A DNA stretch of 64,000 nucleotides, taken from contig CAXXOA010000002.1 of assembly GCA_963666275.2 (NCBI GenBank), positions 512,001 to 576,000 of the forward strand, read 5' to 3'. Below, one piece after another: positions 1 through 10,020 of the stretch. Under the pieces are notes generated by a model that saw only the letters and a program-made list of their open reading frames with translations, did no database searches and was not told where the DNA came from. The position numbers and the translations under genes are program-made. This stretch comes from Oceanispirochaeta sp. Lineage in GTDB: Bacteria; Spirochaetota; Spirochaetia; DSM-2461. Position 1 is the stretch's first letter, and the number at the start of each line of letters is the position of its first letter.

Positions 1-378
1 CTGCTTTTCCTGGGGGCAGACCCGTCCGCAGATCGCCGGGAGCATGCTGCTCTCTTTGATGGTGGCAATGGCGCCTTTGAAGTCTCCCGCTCCCGCCTGG
101 TCTATAAACCCGGGGATATCAATACTCACGGGGCAGCCCTTGATGCAGGGGGCGTTTTTGCACTGGAGACAGCGCAGGGACTCCACAAGCACCTGCTCCT
201 CGCTGTATCCCAGGGCGACCTCTTCCATATTGCCCCGGCGGACCGCCGGATCCTGGGAGGGCATATCCTGCTGGGGAATGTCCCGGCGGGATTTGGCTGT
301 CAGCTCTTTATCTTTCAGTTCCTTCAGGAGCTCTTCCGCTTCCCTGTGGAGTGTTTCGGGGGATTTATATGCACTCAT
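1..378 (-). CDS. nfnB: NADPH-dependent glutamate synthase small-subunit-like protein / NfnB (SudA), N-terminal part, truncated by window edge
   Basis: Not in ORF track. Hand translation from ATG at 378: MSAYKSPETLH...EEVALGYSEEQVLVESLRCLQCKNAPCIKGCPVSIDIP..., with the GltD/NfnB Fe-S motif. ATGA overlap with the stop of the upstream nfnA-like gene. Confidence 0.85.
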   Translation of the reverse strand, partial: MSAYKSPETLHREAEELLKELKDKELTAKSRRDIPQQDMPSQDPAVRRGNMEEVALGYSEEQVLVESLRCLQCKNAPCIKGCPVSIDIPGFIDQAGAGDFKGAIATIKESSMLPAICGRVCPQEKQ

Positions 379-1226
379 TTGTTCTTCTCCAGTTTCTCCG
401 CCTGGGCGTCCAGGTTGCAGCGGTGGCTCTCCTGGCCCTTGTAGGCTTTCAGACGGGACATCATATTGTCAAAGTCCACCAGGTGACCGTCAAACTCGGG
501 GCCGTCTACACAGACGAATTTGGTTTTGCCGCCGATAGTGACCCGGCAGCCGCCGCACATACCCGTACCGTCCACCATGATTGTATTCAGGGAGACTGTG
601 GTGGGGACTTTGTAGGGCCTTGTGGTTTCGGCGCAGAATTTCATCATGATCGGGGGGCCGATGGCCACCACTTCCGCCGGGGGAACGTCTTTTTCGCAGA
701 GTTCCTTCAGGGGGACCGTGACCAGATCTTTCCGGCCGTAGGAGCCGTCGTCGGTACAGATGATAAGTTCATCCGCCAGGGCTTCCATCTCTTCCTTCAT
801 AATCAGAAGGTCTTTGTTCCGAGCGCCCATAATCACAATGACCCGATTGCCCGCTTCTTTGTGGGCCTGAACGATCGGGTGCATGGGAGCCACGCCGATA
901 CCGCCTCCCACACAGACCACGGGGCCGTCCATTTTTTCAATATGCGTAGGCTGTCCAAGAGGGCCCAGGACGGTTTCGATGGTATCACCGGCATTTTTAC
1001 GGCTCAGTTTCAGGGTGGTCGCCCCCACAGCCTGGAAGATGATCTCAATAAATCCTTCTTCCGCATCGGCGTTGGCAATGGTCAGAGGAATCCGTTCTCC
1101 GTACTCCTTGTCCACCTGAAGGATCAGAAACTGCCCCGCCTGTCTCTCTTCCGCAATGAGAGGGGCTTCGATTTTCATACGGAATACATCAGCCGACAGC
1201 TGTGTCTTTGCAAGAATTTTATTCAT
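375..1226 (-). CDS. nfnA: Sulfide/dihydroorotate dehydrogenase-like FAD/NAD-binding subunit, NfnA (SudB)
   Basis: ERIPLTI, GPLG, VGGGIGVAP, MVDGTGMCGGCRV and CVDGPEFDGH motifs; paired with nfnB. Start moved to ATG 1226 (MNKILAK) with a GGAG RBS. Confidence 0.88.
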   Translation of the reverse strand: MNKILAKTQLSADVFRMKIEAPLIAEERQAGQFLILQVDKEYGERIPLTIANADAEEGFIEIIFQAVGATTLKLSRKNAGDTIETVLGPLGQPTHIEKMDGPVVCVGGGIGVAPMHPIVQAHKEAGNRVIVIMGARNKDLLIMKEEMEALADELIICTDDGSYGRKDLVTVPLKELCEKDVPPAEVVAIGPPIMMKFCAETTRPYKVPTTVSLNTIMVDGTGMCGGCRVTIGGKTKFVCVDGPEFDGHLVDFDNMMSRLKAYKGQESHRCNLDAQAEKLEKNK

Positions 1227-1403
1227 TCTCAACTCCAAAATATTTTAAAACTTCTGTGTAAATTTCAGCTTATTCAATTTGAAAAGGCATTATGGTAAAC
1301 CAGAGTATGCTACCCTGTTTTGGACAATTTTTCAAATATTGTTGATATAAATATTTATTTATCGAAAATGGGGAGAGGATTCAAAAATAAGGGGAGGTCG
1401 GAA

Positions 1404-1847
1404 TCAGACAAATTTGTTGTAGCTTTTCAGCATAAGAAAACTTTCTGTAGAGGTAACATTTTTCACAGCTGAAAGTTCTTCTGTCAGAAAACGGACAAGC
1501 CCGTGATTGGAGTCTATCAGAACCTGGACAAACAGATCGTACCTTCCTGAAGTGATGGAGACATCCAGAACATTGGGTAACTGGGATATTTCCATGGCTT
1601 TTGCTTCCAGCAGGGAAGACTCCGAAACATTGACAGCTATGGTAGCCAGCTGCTGATTCTCAAGAACTTCGGGATTGATTAAGGCACGGATCTTAACAAT
1701 GTCCGCATCTTTCAATCTTTTGAGTCTCTGTCTGACAGTTCCCTCGGAAATTCCAAGCTGCCTGGCAATGGCATTATTGTTCTGATGGGAGTCTCTGAGA
1801 GTATTAATAATTTTCCAGTCTATATCGTCGGGTTGCATGGTATACAT
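1404..1847 (-). CDS. Lrp/AsnC family transcriptional regulator (AldR-like by position)
   Basis: N-terminal HTH (DDIDWKII...IARQLGISEGTVRQRLKRL) and C-terminal SGRYDL RAM domain; overlaps the 3' end of ald. Confidence 0.9.
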   Translation of the reverse strand: MYTMQPDDIDWKIINTLRDSHQNNNAIARQLGISEGTVRQRLKRLKDADIVKIRALINPEVLENQQLATIAVNVSESSLLEAKAMEISQLPNVLDVSITSGRYDLFVQVLIDSNHGLVRFLTEELSAVKNVTSTESFLMLKSYNKFV

Positions 1848-2947
1848 TCCTCTAGGGAAGTATACGGTATATCCAATGCTTGGGCAACTCTCTCACATGT
1901 AAGAAGACCTTCATAAGTGTTTACACCCTTCCGGATTGTATCGCTGGCACACGCCGCTTTTTCTATTCCCATAGCTGCAATCATCAATCCGTAGCGGAGA
2001 GTCGCGCCGGTTAAAGCCATGGTAGATGTCAGGGCAACCGCCCCGGGCATATTGGCAACACAGTAGTGGACCACTCCATCGATAGTAAAAACAGGATCAT
2101 CATGAGTTGTGGGTCTTGTTGTTTCAAAACATCCCCCCTGGTCTACGGCCACATCCACAATCACCGTACCGGGTTTCATTTCAGCCAGGTCTCGCTTTTT
2201 AATGAGGTGAGGCGCTCTGGCTCCGGGGATCAGAACAGCACCGATGACAAGATCACTCTCTCTGATGACTTTGTGAATATTCTGCTCCGTACTGTACAGG
2301 GTTGTGACCCTGCCTCCGAAGATATCATCCAGATAGGCCAGTCTGTCTGCATTTATATCGAGAATTGTGACTTCCGCACCCAGGCCCACTGCCATTTTCG
2401 CTGCATTGGTACCGACAACGCCGCCACCCAGGACAGCGACTTTACCTCTGTGAACTCCGGGAACTCCCCCCAGAAGAACTCCCCGGCCGCCCTGGGGCTT
2501 TTCAAGAAATCTTGCCCCCTCCTGAACGGACAGACGTCCGGCAATTTCACTCATAGGGGTTAAGCAGGGCAGTTTTCCATTGTGTTCCATCGTTTCATAG
2601 GCAACCGCTTTGACCTTTTTTCTCATAAGTGCTTCTGCCTGCTCTTTATCCGCCGCCAGGTGAAGGTAGGTATAGAGAACCTGTCCTTCATGAAACAGAT
2701 CATATTCCGAGGGCTGAGGTTCCTTCACTTTTACAATCATATCGGCTCTGTCAAAAAGCTCTTTCTTATCCCTGACAATTTCCGCACCGGCGTGTGAATA
2801 TTCCAGATCTGAGAAACCAGAGGACTCTCCTGCATCTTTTTCAACAAGAACCTCATGGCCTCCGGCAATATAGGCTTTCACATTATCCGGTGTCAGTCCA
2901 ACCCTGTATTCATGAGTTTTGATCTCTCTGGCTACAGCTACAATCAT
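1820..2947 (-). CDS. ald: Alanine dehydrogenase
   Basis: REIKTHEYRVGLTP, KVKEP, YLHLAA, PMSEIAGR, GGGVVG, DVAVDQGGC and HYCVANMPGAV motifs. Confidence 0.96.
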   Translation of the reverse strand: MIVAVAREIKTHEYRVGLTPDNVKAYIAGGHEVLVEKDAGESSGFSDLEYSHAGAEIVRDKKELFDRADMIVKVKEPQPSEYDLFHEGQVLYTYLHLAADKEQAEALMRKKVKAVAYETMEHNGKLPCLTPMSEIAGRLSVQEGARFLEKPQGGRGVLLGGVPGVHRGKVAVLGGGVVGTNAAKMAVGLGAEVTILDINADRLAYLDDIFGGRVTTLYSTEQNIHKVIRESDLVIGAVLIPGARAPHLIKKRDLAEMKPGTVIVDVAVDQGGCFETTRPTTHDDPVFTIDGVVHYCVANMPGAVALTSTMALTGATLRYGLMIAAMGIEKAACASDTIRKGVNTYEGLLTCERVAQALDIPYTSLEECIPCNPTI

Positions 2948-2986
2948 TTTACGGCTCCTTTTTACATTTAAAAACGAAATGCGGTC

Positions 2987-3001
2987 TACAATTAAATTGT
3001 A
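2987..3001. promoter_or_regulatory. 15-bp palindrome TACAATT-A-AATTGTA, candidate Lrp/AldR operator
   Basis: Perfect 7-bp inverted arms 40 nt upstream of the ald start, in an AT-rich intergenic region that also has repeated AAAACG motifs. Confidence 0.45.
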
Positions 3002-3142
3002 AAACGAAAAACGTAATAAAACAATTATTTAACAATATTAAGCGTAATCCAGGCAGGGGAATCAGAGGAGATCCCTGAAAAGGGCTGCATTCGGGGCTCC
3101 CGGCATACTGACCAAGGTGTTTTATTGGTGTATAAAAGAAAA

Positions 3143-5410
3143 ATGGAAAAGAAATTCGGAACCTTCAAAGGGGTTTTTGTCCCCTCCACAGAGGCCATTC
3201 TCGGAACAGTTCTGTTTCTGCTTATGCCGCTCCTGGTGGCTGATGTCGGCCTGTTTCCCATGCTTCTGATTGTTATACTGGCCCATACCGTTACAATCTC
3301 GACAAGTTTCTCCCTGGCTGACTGCGCCACCAACCTCAATACCATTGAGGGAGGGGGGATGTATGCCCTGGCAAAAAAATCCCTGGGAAATGCCATGGGC
3401 GGCTCCATCGGGATAATGCTCTATCTTGCCCAGGCGGCTTCAGTGGGCTTTTATTCCATAGGTTTTGCGGAACCTCTCCAGCCCCTCCTGGCCCCTCTTC
3501 TGGGGTTTCTGGAACCCTTCCGCGATTTTTCTCCCCAGGGGATCCTGTTGCAGAAACAGCTCCTGGCTTCTTTCTTTTTTATCATTTTCTTTATTATCGT
3601 TATGGCCGGGGCGGATTTCACTTTGAAAATTCAGACTCTTATCCTTGTGGTACTGGGAGTCAGTGTCGGGGCCATTTTTATTTCCCCCCTTCTGGGTCTC
3701 TCCTATAAGGGGTCTGAGGTTTTTCAGTCCAGGCCTGTTCTATCGGGGAACAGGCCCCTGACAGTGGGGGTATTCTTTCTGGCTTTTACACAGTTTTTCC
3801 CTGCAGTTACAGGTATCAGTACTGGTGTGGGGATGAGCGGGGATCTGAAAGACCCCGGTAGGAGCATTGTCAGGGGAACTTTCTCCGCCATACTCGTGAC
3901 AATGGCTGTCTATCTCTCCGTGACTGTTCTGTTTTCCTTTATAGACAGAGACATCATTCTAACAGGTTATTCCGGTCAGAATCCCGAAGGCCGACTGCTT
4001 ACGGAACTGTTCGGCCTGGGTAAACCCCTCCCTGCGGGGCTCCCGGGACTGCTGATCCTGCTGGGGGTTCTTTTTGCCACCTGTTCTTCCGCTCTGAGTG
4101 TTTTTATGACCGGTCCCCGGACTCTCCAGTATCTGGCAAAGGATGGAATTCTGCCGGGGAAACTGGATTTTCTGGAGAAGGACTTCCGGGAAGGGGGAAC
4201 AGAGCCCCGTTATGCCCTGATTGTCACTTTTGTCCTGGGAATCAGCATTATCTGGATGGGGAACATCAATTTCGCCGCTATCCTTGTGGGTATCCTGTTC
4301 CTGGTTGTATACGGCTGGGTGAATGGAGCGGCATTTCTGGAAAGAATCAGTCGAAACCCTTCCTTCAGACCGACTTTCAATGGTCACTGGCTGATCTCTC
4401 TTTATGGTTTCGCTTCCTGTCTGGCGGCGATCTCCCTTTTTAACTGGAAGATTGGTTTGATGATTTTTCTCTCCCAGTACTGGATGTTCAAACTGATCCT
4501 CAAGTATAAAGCCGAAGGAAAACTTGAGGGTGTCTGGTGGGGCTTTCTTTTCCGTCTCATCACAAGGGCTCTTGAGAGTCTTCAGGGCATTGTTCAGGGG
4601 TCTCATAACTGGCGTCCTGTCATTGCCTCTTTTGCCTACAGGGAAGAGTACGATATCTGGAGGAAGATTGCCTTCCTGTCGGAAAAACTGGCCTCCTATC
4701 AGGGGCTTGTAAGCCTGAACATTCTGGCCCTGCCAAAACTGGCGGAGGCACCCCTGGACTGTTCCAGCCTTTCCATCCCGGCAGTGGAGATCTCTACAGG
4801 ATCTCCCGGACAGACTGTTCTGGATCTCATGCAGAGCTGTCAGCACAGCGGGATAGCTCCCAATACGGTGCTTATGCAGTATCACAGCAAACTGGAAAAT
4901 GTGAAAATTCTCAACAGAGCCCTGTCCTTGAATAAGGACATCCTTTTTCTGAAAAACGGAGAGAGGTTTAAAACCGGGGGGACCCTGGATATCTGGTGGC
5001 GGGGAGAACAGAACGGAAATCTGATGGTTCTCCTGGCCTACATCATGAATCTGTCTTCCGAGGAGAGAGACCGCTATGATATAAGGATTCTCCGGAAACT
5101 GGGGAGGGATGAACAGAAGGATCTGGCCGAGGAGGAACTGCGTTCCCTGCTGAAAAAAGCCCGCCTTAAAGGCGAGATTCTGATTCTGGATGAACCGGAG
5201 GTCTCCTTCAAAGAGGCCCTGGATAAGGTTTCCTCTTCAACCAGTCTGATTATGATGGGGCTTCCGGGAAATTATGTTTCTGAAAACGGAAACCGTTCGC
5301 TATTCAAACTGAATGAGTTCTTCTTTGATAAGGAGATCAACGGATACGGAAATCTGCCGGCCATCCTGTTTGTCAGATCCTCCCGTCCCATGACTCTTAT
5401 GGAGGAGTGA
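3143..5410 (+). CDS. Amino-acid permease / cation-chloride cotransporter (SLC12/CCC-like)
   Basis: KFGTFKGVFVPS...ILG, GGGMY, FFPAVTGI..G..MSGDLKDP..SI.RGT, NWRP and DIWW motifs; multi-TM N-terminus and soluble C-terminal domain. ATG 3143 chosen as start. Confidence 0.85.
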   Translation: MEKKFGTFKGVFVPSTEAILGTVLFLLMPLLVADVGLFPMLLIVILAHTVTISTSFSLADCATNLNTIEGGGMYALAKKSLGNAMGGSIGIMLYLAQAASVGFYSIGFAEPLQPLLAPLLGFLEPFRDFSPQGILLQKQLLASFFFIIFFIIVMAGADFTLKIQTLILVVLGVSVGAIFISPLLGLSYKGSEVFQSRPVLSGNRPLTVGVFFLAFTQFFPAVTGISTGVGMSGDLKDPGRSIVRGTFSAILVTMAVYLSVTVLFSFIDRDIILTGYSGQNPEGRLLTELFGLGKPLPAGLPGLLILLGVLFATCSSALSVFMTGPRTLQYLAKDGILPGKLDFLEKDFREGGTEPRYALIVTFVLGISIIWMGNINFAAILVGILFLVVYGWVNGAAFLERISRNPSFRPTFNGHWLISLYGFASCLAAISLFNWKIGLMIFLSQYWMFKLILKYKAEGKLEGVWWGFLFRLITRALESLQGIVQGSHNWRPVIASFAYREEYDIWRKIAFLSEKLASYQGLVSLNILALPKLAEAPLDCSSLSIPAVEISTGSPGQTVLDLMQSCQHSGIAPNTVLMQYHSKLENVKILNRALSLNKDILFLKNGERFKTGGTLDIWWRGEQNGNLMVLLAYIMNLSSEERDRYDIRILRKLGRDEQKDLAEEELRSLLKKARLKGEILILDEPEVSFKEALDKVSSSTSLIMMGLPGNYVSENGNRSLFKLNEFFFDKEINGYGNLPAILFVRSSRPMTLMEE

Positions 5411-5433
5411 CAGGACTTTCATTCAGAGATTGT

Positions 5434-5480
5434 AAAGAAAAAAAAATGGACTGCCCGATTGGACAGTCCATTTCTTTTTA
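5434..5480. terminator. Bidirectional intrinsic terminator
   Basis: AAATGGACTG...CAGTCCATTT stem flanked by A-rich and T-rich runs, between two convergent genes. Confidence 0.8.
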
Positions 5481-5492
5481 TAAAGAACAGCC

Positions 5493-8400
5493 TCAGTCTC
5501 CAGCGACTTTGATGACTTCTTCCTCATCCTGAACTGTTTCATCCTGTTCGATCAGCTCCATAGAGTCCGGACTGGACTTGAATCTGAGAACATTCATCAT
5601 GAAAATGTTCAGCTTGTTGATAATATTGGGAGGTAACTGATTACCATCCACCTCAATCGACATGGCAGGATAGTTTCTTTCTCTGGCCCAGGGGGTGAAG
5701 ACTCCTTCAATTACCCTTCCGATCAGACAGGCAAAGGGAGAAATATTCACGATTCCTGAATATCCTTCCTCCATAGCCGTGGCGGCGACACCGCTGGATA
5801 TCGCTATTTCCGAGTTGAGTTCCAGATTGACAAAATTTTCAGAGGTAATCTTCATGATTTTTTTCATATCATGAGGAGTATGGGGGATCAGGTCGGCATG
5901 TTTCAGCTTTCCTTTTACCTTCCGCTCTATGTGATGTTTCCAGGCCATTTCAAGATGGAGCTTGAGAAGATCCTTCATTTCGCTGCTGAAAGGCCTCTGG
6001 AGAGGATTTTTCAGCTTGAGCCTCTTGTTCAGATCGTACTCCCTGACAAAGTCCAGATAGTGGATCCATTCGGAAATACCGGATACTTTGGCAATGATGT
6101 TCTTTTTACTCATCAGATCTACCAGTTCATCTACGGCAAAGTCATCCCTTCTGACGTAGATTTCACCCACAATCAGAACTCTGGGAACCTGATGGATGGT
6201 TTTCTTCAGAGGAATCTTTGCCACCTCTTTAGAGACATACTCCAGTTTGGGGTAGACCGTGGGGAAATCTTTTTCAGCGGCTCTGGTCAGCTCTTTCCAG
6301 AGGCTGTTGTAGGTTCTCAGGGCTTCATCGGGATTTTCCGCACAGGCTCTCAGAGAGGTCTGAATATCCTTCATATAGTCTGAGATCACAAGACCCTGCC
6401 ACATATAGCGGGTGAAATAGGGCCCCAGTTCGGTATAGGAGTTGTCCGCGCTCATGGTGAAGACAACGACATTTTCAAGACGCAGATCCCTGAAGAGGTT
6501 TTCATAGAATACAAAATACTGTCCGGTCCGGCAGGGGCCGGTGGTTATGGGTACAAAAAGGAGATAGATTTCATCTTTCCGGTACTCCGGTGAGTTGATG
6601 AATTTCAGGGCACTTCCCAGAACCAGATGGCTCGGAACGCACTCCTTGCCGGAGGCATGGCTTCTGGCCAGCTGGAGGGTCAGGGAGTCGGCAACAGGCA
6701 GAGCCTGGGCATGGTATCCGGAAGACCGGATAATGGATGCCATCATCTCTGTGGCCAGGTCTCCCATATTGGAAAGGAGCATTTTCACTTTGGGATTGTT
6801 CTTCAGCGGGATCTTCTCATCTGTTCTGGCATCATGGATATGAAGTTCATCTTTTCCGTTATTCACAAATTTCAGGCCGTTGTCATAGCGGTTCAGAAGG
6901 TCCGTATCCTTTCTGGAACGGTATCCGTCAATGATATCCAGGAAGGCTTCGATCCTGGTATCCACACCCGCATCAGCAGAATGAGAGTCCAGTTCCAGAA
7001 TCAGGAAGGGTTTTGTTCCCATCATCCACTTCAGATAGTGCAGGATAAATGAGTCGGGTGCACAGGAGAAGTTGGTAATGTAGGTTACATAGATATTAGG
7101 TTCATCCTTCAGCATGGAGGCGGCCTTCATATCCAGCTGCCCGTAGTACCAGTACATATTGTCAAAGATTTTTTCCTCTTTCACAGGAAGGATATCAAAT
7201 GGAATGATAGAGAAGCCGCGGCTGCTGAACTTCCGGGGAATTCCCATATTCGCTTCGGGTGTGAAGGCGTTGTAGGGACGTCCCAGAAGGGCTATGACCG
7301 GTCTGTTGCTCTCTTTCGCCTCTTCCAGGGCTCGTCTTCCCAGGTTCAGGGCGGCCTTCTGATACTCCTGCTGCTTTCTCAGGGCTACCTTAAAGGCTTT
7401 GCTGATTTCATCCTGCGGGATGGAGAGCTGTTCTCCCATCTGGTGGAAATATTCCAGTGCTTTGGTTTCGCCGAATTTAAAAGTCACAATCAGAGGGATC
7501 AGTTTGGATTCGGGAACATCAGGGAAGGCCTTCTTAATATAATAGGGCAGACTCTGAGTGATGGGACAGAAGTTGGCGTGTACATCCTTCTCCATACTGG
7601 GCATGTCCCTGTAGTGGGGAACAAAGATATAATCTGTTTTCTTGTTGATAATGTCCTGAACCGCTCCATGAGCGATCTCCGCAGGGAAACAGTAGGTACT
7701 TTCCGCTCTGGCGACACCCTTGTGGTCGATCTCATCGGAGAGGACTGTTTTTATTCCCAGTTCATGAAAAAACCAGGAGTAGAGGGGGTAGAGGGTATGG
7801 ATTGAGAATGCCCGGGGAATACCCACAGTAAAGGCTCTTTTTGTGGAAAAGTCTTCGGATTTGGGAGCAAATGTCTCAAACATCAGCTTATTCCGCTCAT
7901 CGATATAGTTGATAACCTCGCCGACAGCTTCTGTTTTTTTGCTTGTGTTGGTGTACTTGCTGCAGCGGCCGCCGAACATATATTTATGACCGTTTACATT
8001 GAGGATCTGAATCGGACAGAAGTTATCGCAGGATTTACAGGTAAATACCCTGTCATACTCGATCTGTGTGTCCAGAGCGGCTTCAAGATCGTAATTTCCG
8101 GCTTCAAGAAGGCCTTCCTGATACTTCTGCCGTGCCAGTACGGCGACTCCGAAACATCCCATGAGTTCGGGTGCCGGGGGAACGAGGATCTCCTTGTCCA
8201 GCAGCATGGCAAATGCCAGGGGAACAGCCTTGTTTTTGGCCACTCCGCCCTGAAGGAAGATTTTCCGCCCGATGGTTCTGTTTCCCACGACTCTGTTCAG
8301 ATAGTTGGAAACAATGGATGTGACGATTCCGGCTGTAATGTCCTCACGGCGGGCTCCCTGCTGGATGGCCTTCCGGATATCCGAGTTGATAAAGGCTGAA

Positions 8401-9809
8401 CAATGCTCTCCGAACTTCAGAGGATTATCCGCTTTTAGGGCGATCTCGCCGATTTCCCAGGCATGGGCTATGTTCAGGTCTCCCGCCGCAGACTCTTCCA
8501 GGAAGGATCCGGTACCTGCGGAACAGGCTTCATTCATGGCATAGTCGATGGGGACCCGGTTTTCCAGTAGGACATATTTGGCATCCTGTCCGCCGATTTC
8601 AAATATGGTATCTACATCACTGCTGAAAAAAGTGGTTCCATGGGAGTGGGCGATGATTTCGTTGTAGACGCCCTGGGTTTCCATAAACACACCCAGAATT
8701 TCTCTGGAAGATCCTGTGGTGGAGCAGAGCGGAATCTTAATGGAAGATTCATCGCCGATATCCTTATGGATCTTCTTGCGGAGTTCAATGATGCAGTTTT
8801 TCAGCGCAGTTACAGGGTCTCCATGGGTTCTTCCGTAATGGGCGGCTACGATCTCACTTGTTTCCATATCTATCAGACAGGCTTTTGTTGTGGTGGAACC
8901 GCCGTCAATTCCGAGAATATATTCTCTGTCGGGTTTGACTGCTCCCACCTGAGTTTCCAGGTATTTCACCTTGTCTTCCGCGGTTTTCAGATCTTTATAG
9001 CGGTCGAAACGAATGACACTCTTCTTCAGAATTTTTTCTGCTCCGGGAAGAGGTGATCCGGATTCTCCTGCCAGATGAGCCGCACCGAGGGCTTCAAAAT
9101 AGGGGGCTTCCTCAGGAATGATATAGCTAATGTCCGGAGTTTTCTCCTGCATAAACCGGAGGATATGCTTGTTTTTTGTAATTCCTCCGGTAAGCAGAAC
9201 CTGACCTTTCTCTATTTTTGCCCTGTCCAGAAAATCCGCGACCTTGGTGGCCATCACGTCACTCAGAGAAAGGACAATGTCATCTTTTGTCGCCTGCTTT
9301 TTATTCAGTCTGTGAGTACAGTCGCTCTTCATAAAGACCGAACAGCGTGAGGAGAGAGAGATGACTTTACTGTCATCAGCCACCTGATTCACGTTATCCA
9401 GGGTCATGTCCATCCTGGCAAGCTGCTGTTTAAAAAATTCTCCTGTACCGGACGCACACTTGCTGCCGGAGAAGTTGTTGACGATCTTATTGTTTCCGTC
9501 GATGGTGTAGACCACAAGATCTTCACCGCCCATACTGACCACAGCATCCACTTTGTGGCCTGTGACTTCCAGGGCTTTTTCTATACACACCGGTTCAATG
9601 ACCGAATTGGTCGCCAGAAGAAACCTTCCTTCCGTTCCGGTTGCCAGTGCGGGAATTCCCTCTTCAAGCTGGGATTCTCTCAGGACTTTTATGATGGCAC
9701 TCTGAAAGTCTCCTTCGTGGGGAACCACCTTGTTCCAGAGTTCTTTTCCATTTTCGATAACAACAGTTTTCAGGCTAGAGCTGCCAATGTTAATTCCGAT
9801 ACTTTTCAT
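5493..9809 (-). CDS. Fused acyl-CoA dehydratase activase/reductase (two BadF/BadG-type ATPase domains, DUF2229, dehydratase-like domain); PlsA/Ger-like
   Basis: Two ASKHA activator domains (GINIGSSS...CASGTG; GIDGGSTTTK...EIGGQDAK...MNEACSAGTGSFLEE), CxxCxNxC, CFPAEIAHG, NFSCAPD, GKECVP, GPCRTGQY and PFACL motifs; 1438 aa. Confidence 0.85.
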   Translation of the reverse strand: MKSIGINIGSSSLKTVVIENGKELWNKVVPHEGDFQSAIIKVLRESQLEEGIPALATGTEGRFLLATNSVIEPVCIEKALEVTGHKVDAVVSMGGEDLVVYTIDGNNKIVNNFSGSKCASGTGEFFKQQLARMDMTLDNVNQVADDSKVISLSSRCSVFMKSDCTHRLNKKQATKDDIVLSLSDVMATKVADFLDRAKIEKGQVLLTGGITKNKHILRFMQEKTPDISYIIPEEAPYFEALGAAHLAGESGSPLPGAEKILKKSVIRFDRYKDLKTAEDKVKYLETQVGAVKPDREYILGIDGGSTTTKACLIDMETSEIVAAHYGRTHGDPVTALKNCIIELRKKIHKDIGDESSIKIPLCSTTGSSREILGVFMETQGVYNEIIAHSHGTTFFSSDVDTIFEIGGQDAKYVLLENRVPIDYAMNEACSAGTGSFLEESAAGDLNIAHAWEIGEIALKADNPLKFGEHCSAFINSDIRKAIQQGARREDITAGIVTSIVSNYLNRVVGNRTIGRKIFLQGGVAKNKAVPLAFAMLLDKEILVPPAPELMGCFGVAVLARQKYQEGLLEAGNYDLEAALDTQIEYDRVFTCKSCDNFCPIQILNVNGHKYMFGGRCSKYTNTSKKTEAVGEVINYIDERNKLMFETFAPKSEDFSTKRAFTVGIPRAFSIHTLYPLYSWFFHELGIKTVLSDEIDHKGVARAESTYCFPAEIAHGAVQDIINKKTDYIFVPHYRDMPSMEKDVHANFCPITQSLPYYIKKAFPDVPESKLIPLIVTFKFGETKALEYFHQMGEQLSIPQDEISKAFKVALRKQQEYQKAALNLGRRALEEAKESNRPVIALLGRPYNAFTPEANMGIPRKFSSRGFSIIPFDILPVKEEKIFDNMYWYYGQLDMKAASMLKDEPNIYVTYITNFSCAPDSFILHYLKWMMGTKPFLILELDSHSADAGVDTRIEAFLDIIDGYRSRKDTDLLNRYDNGLKFVNNGKDELHIHDARTDEKIPLKNNPKVKMLLSNMGDLATEMMASIIRSSGYHAQALPVADSLTLQLARSHASGKECVPSHLVLGSALKFINSPEYRKDEIYLLFVPITTGPCRTGQYFVFYENLFRDLRLENVVVFTMSADNSYTELGPYFTRYMWQGLVISDYMKDIQTSLRACAENPDEALRTYNSLWKELTRAAEKDFPTVYPKLEYVSKEVAKIPLKKTIHQVPRVLIVGEIYVRRDDFAVDELVDLMSKKNIIAKVSGISEWIHYLDFVREYDLNKRLKLKNPLQRPFSSEMKDLLKLHLEMAWKHHIERKVKGKLKHADLIPHTPHDMKKIMKITSENFVNLELNSEIAISSGVAATAMEEGYSGIVNISPFACLIGRVIEGVFTPWARERNYPAMSIEVDGNQLPPNIINKLNIFMMNVLRFKSSPDSMELIEQDETVQDEEEVIKVAGD

Positions 9810-10020
9810 ACGTTATGGCTTTCCTTCTATGTAGAATGGGAGAAATCCCGTAAATTCCTCATTTTATATGACAGAATTGAATGATCTGTCTATTTAATAG
9901 GATTAACTGATATTATTCTTAAAGTTGGCAGTTTTGTCTATCTGGTGAACCGTGGTTTTTGTCATTTGCCCGCTCTCCGGTTCTTGTCATTTCCCCCATT
10001 CTCTGCAAAAATCCATAGCC

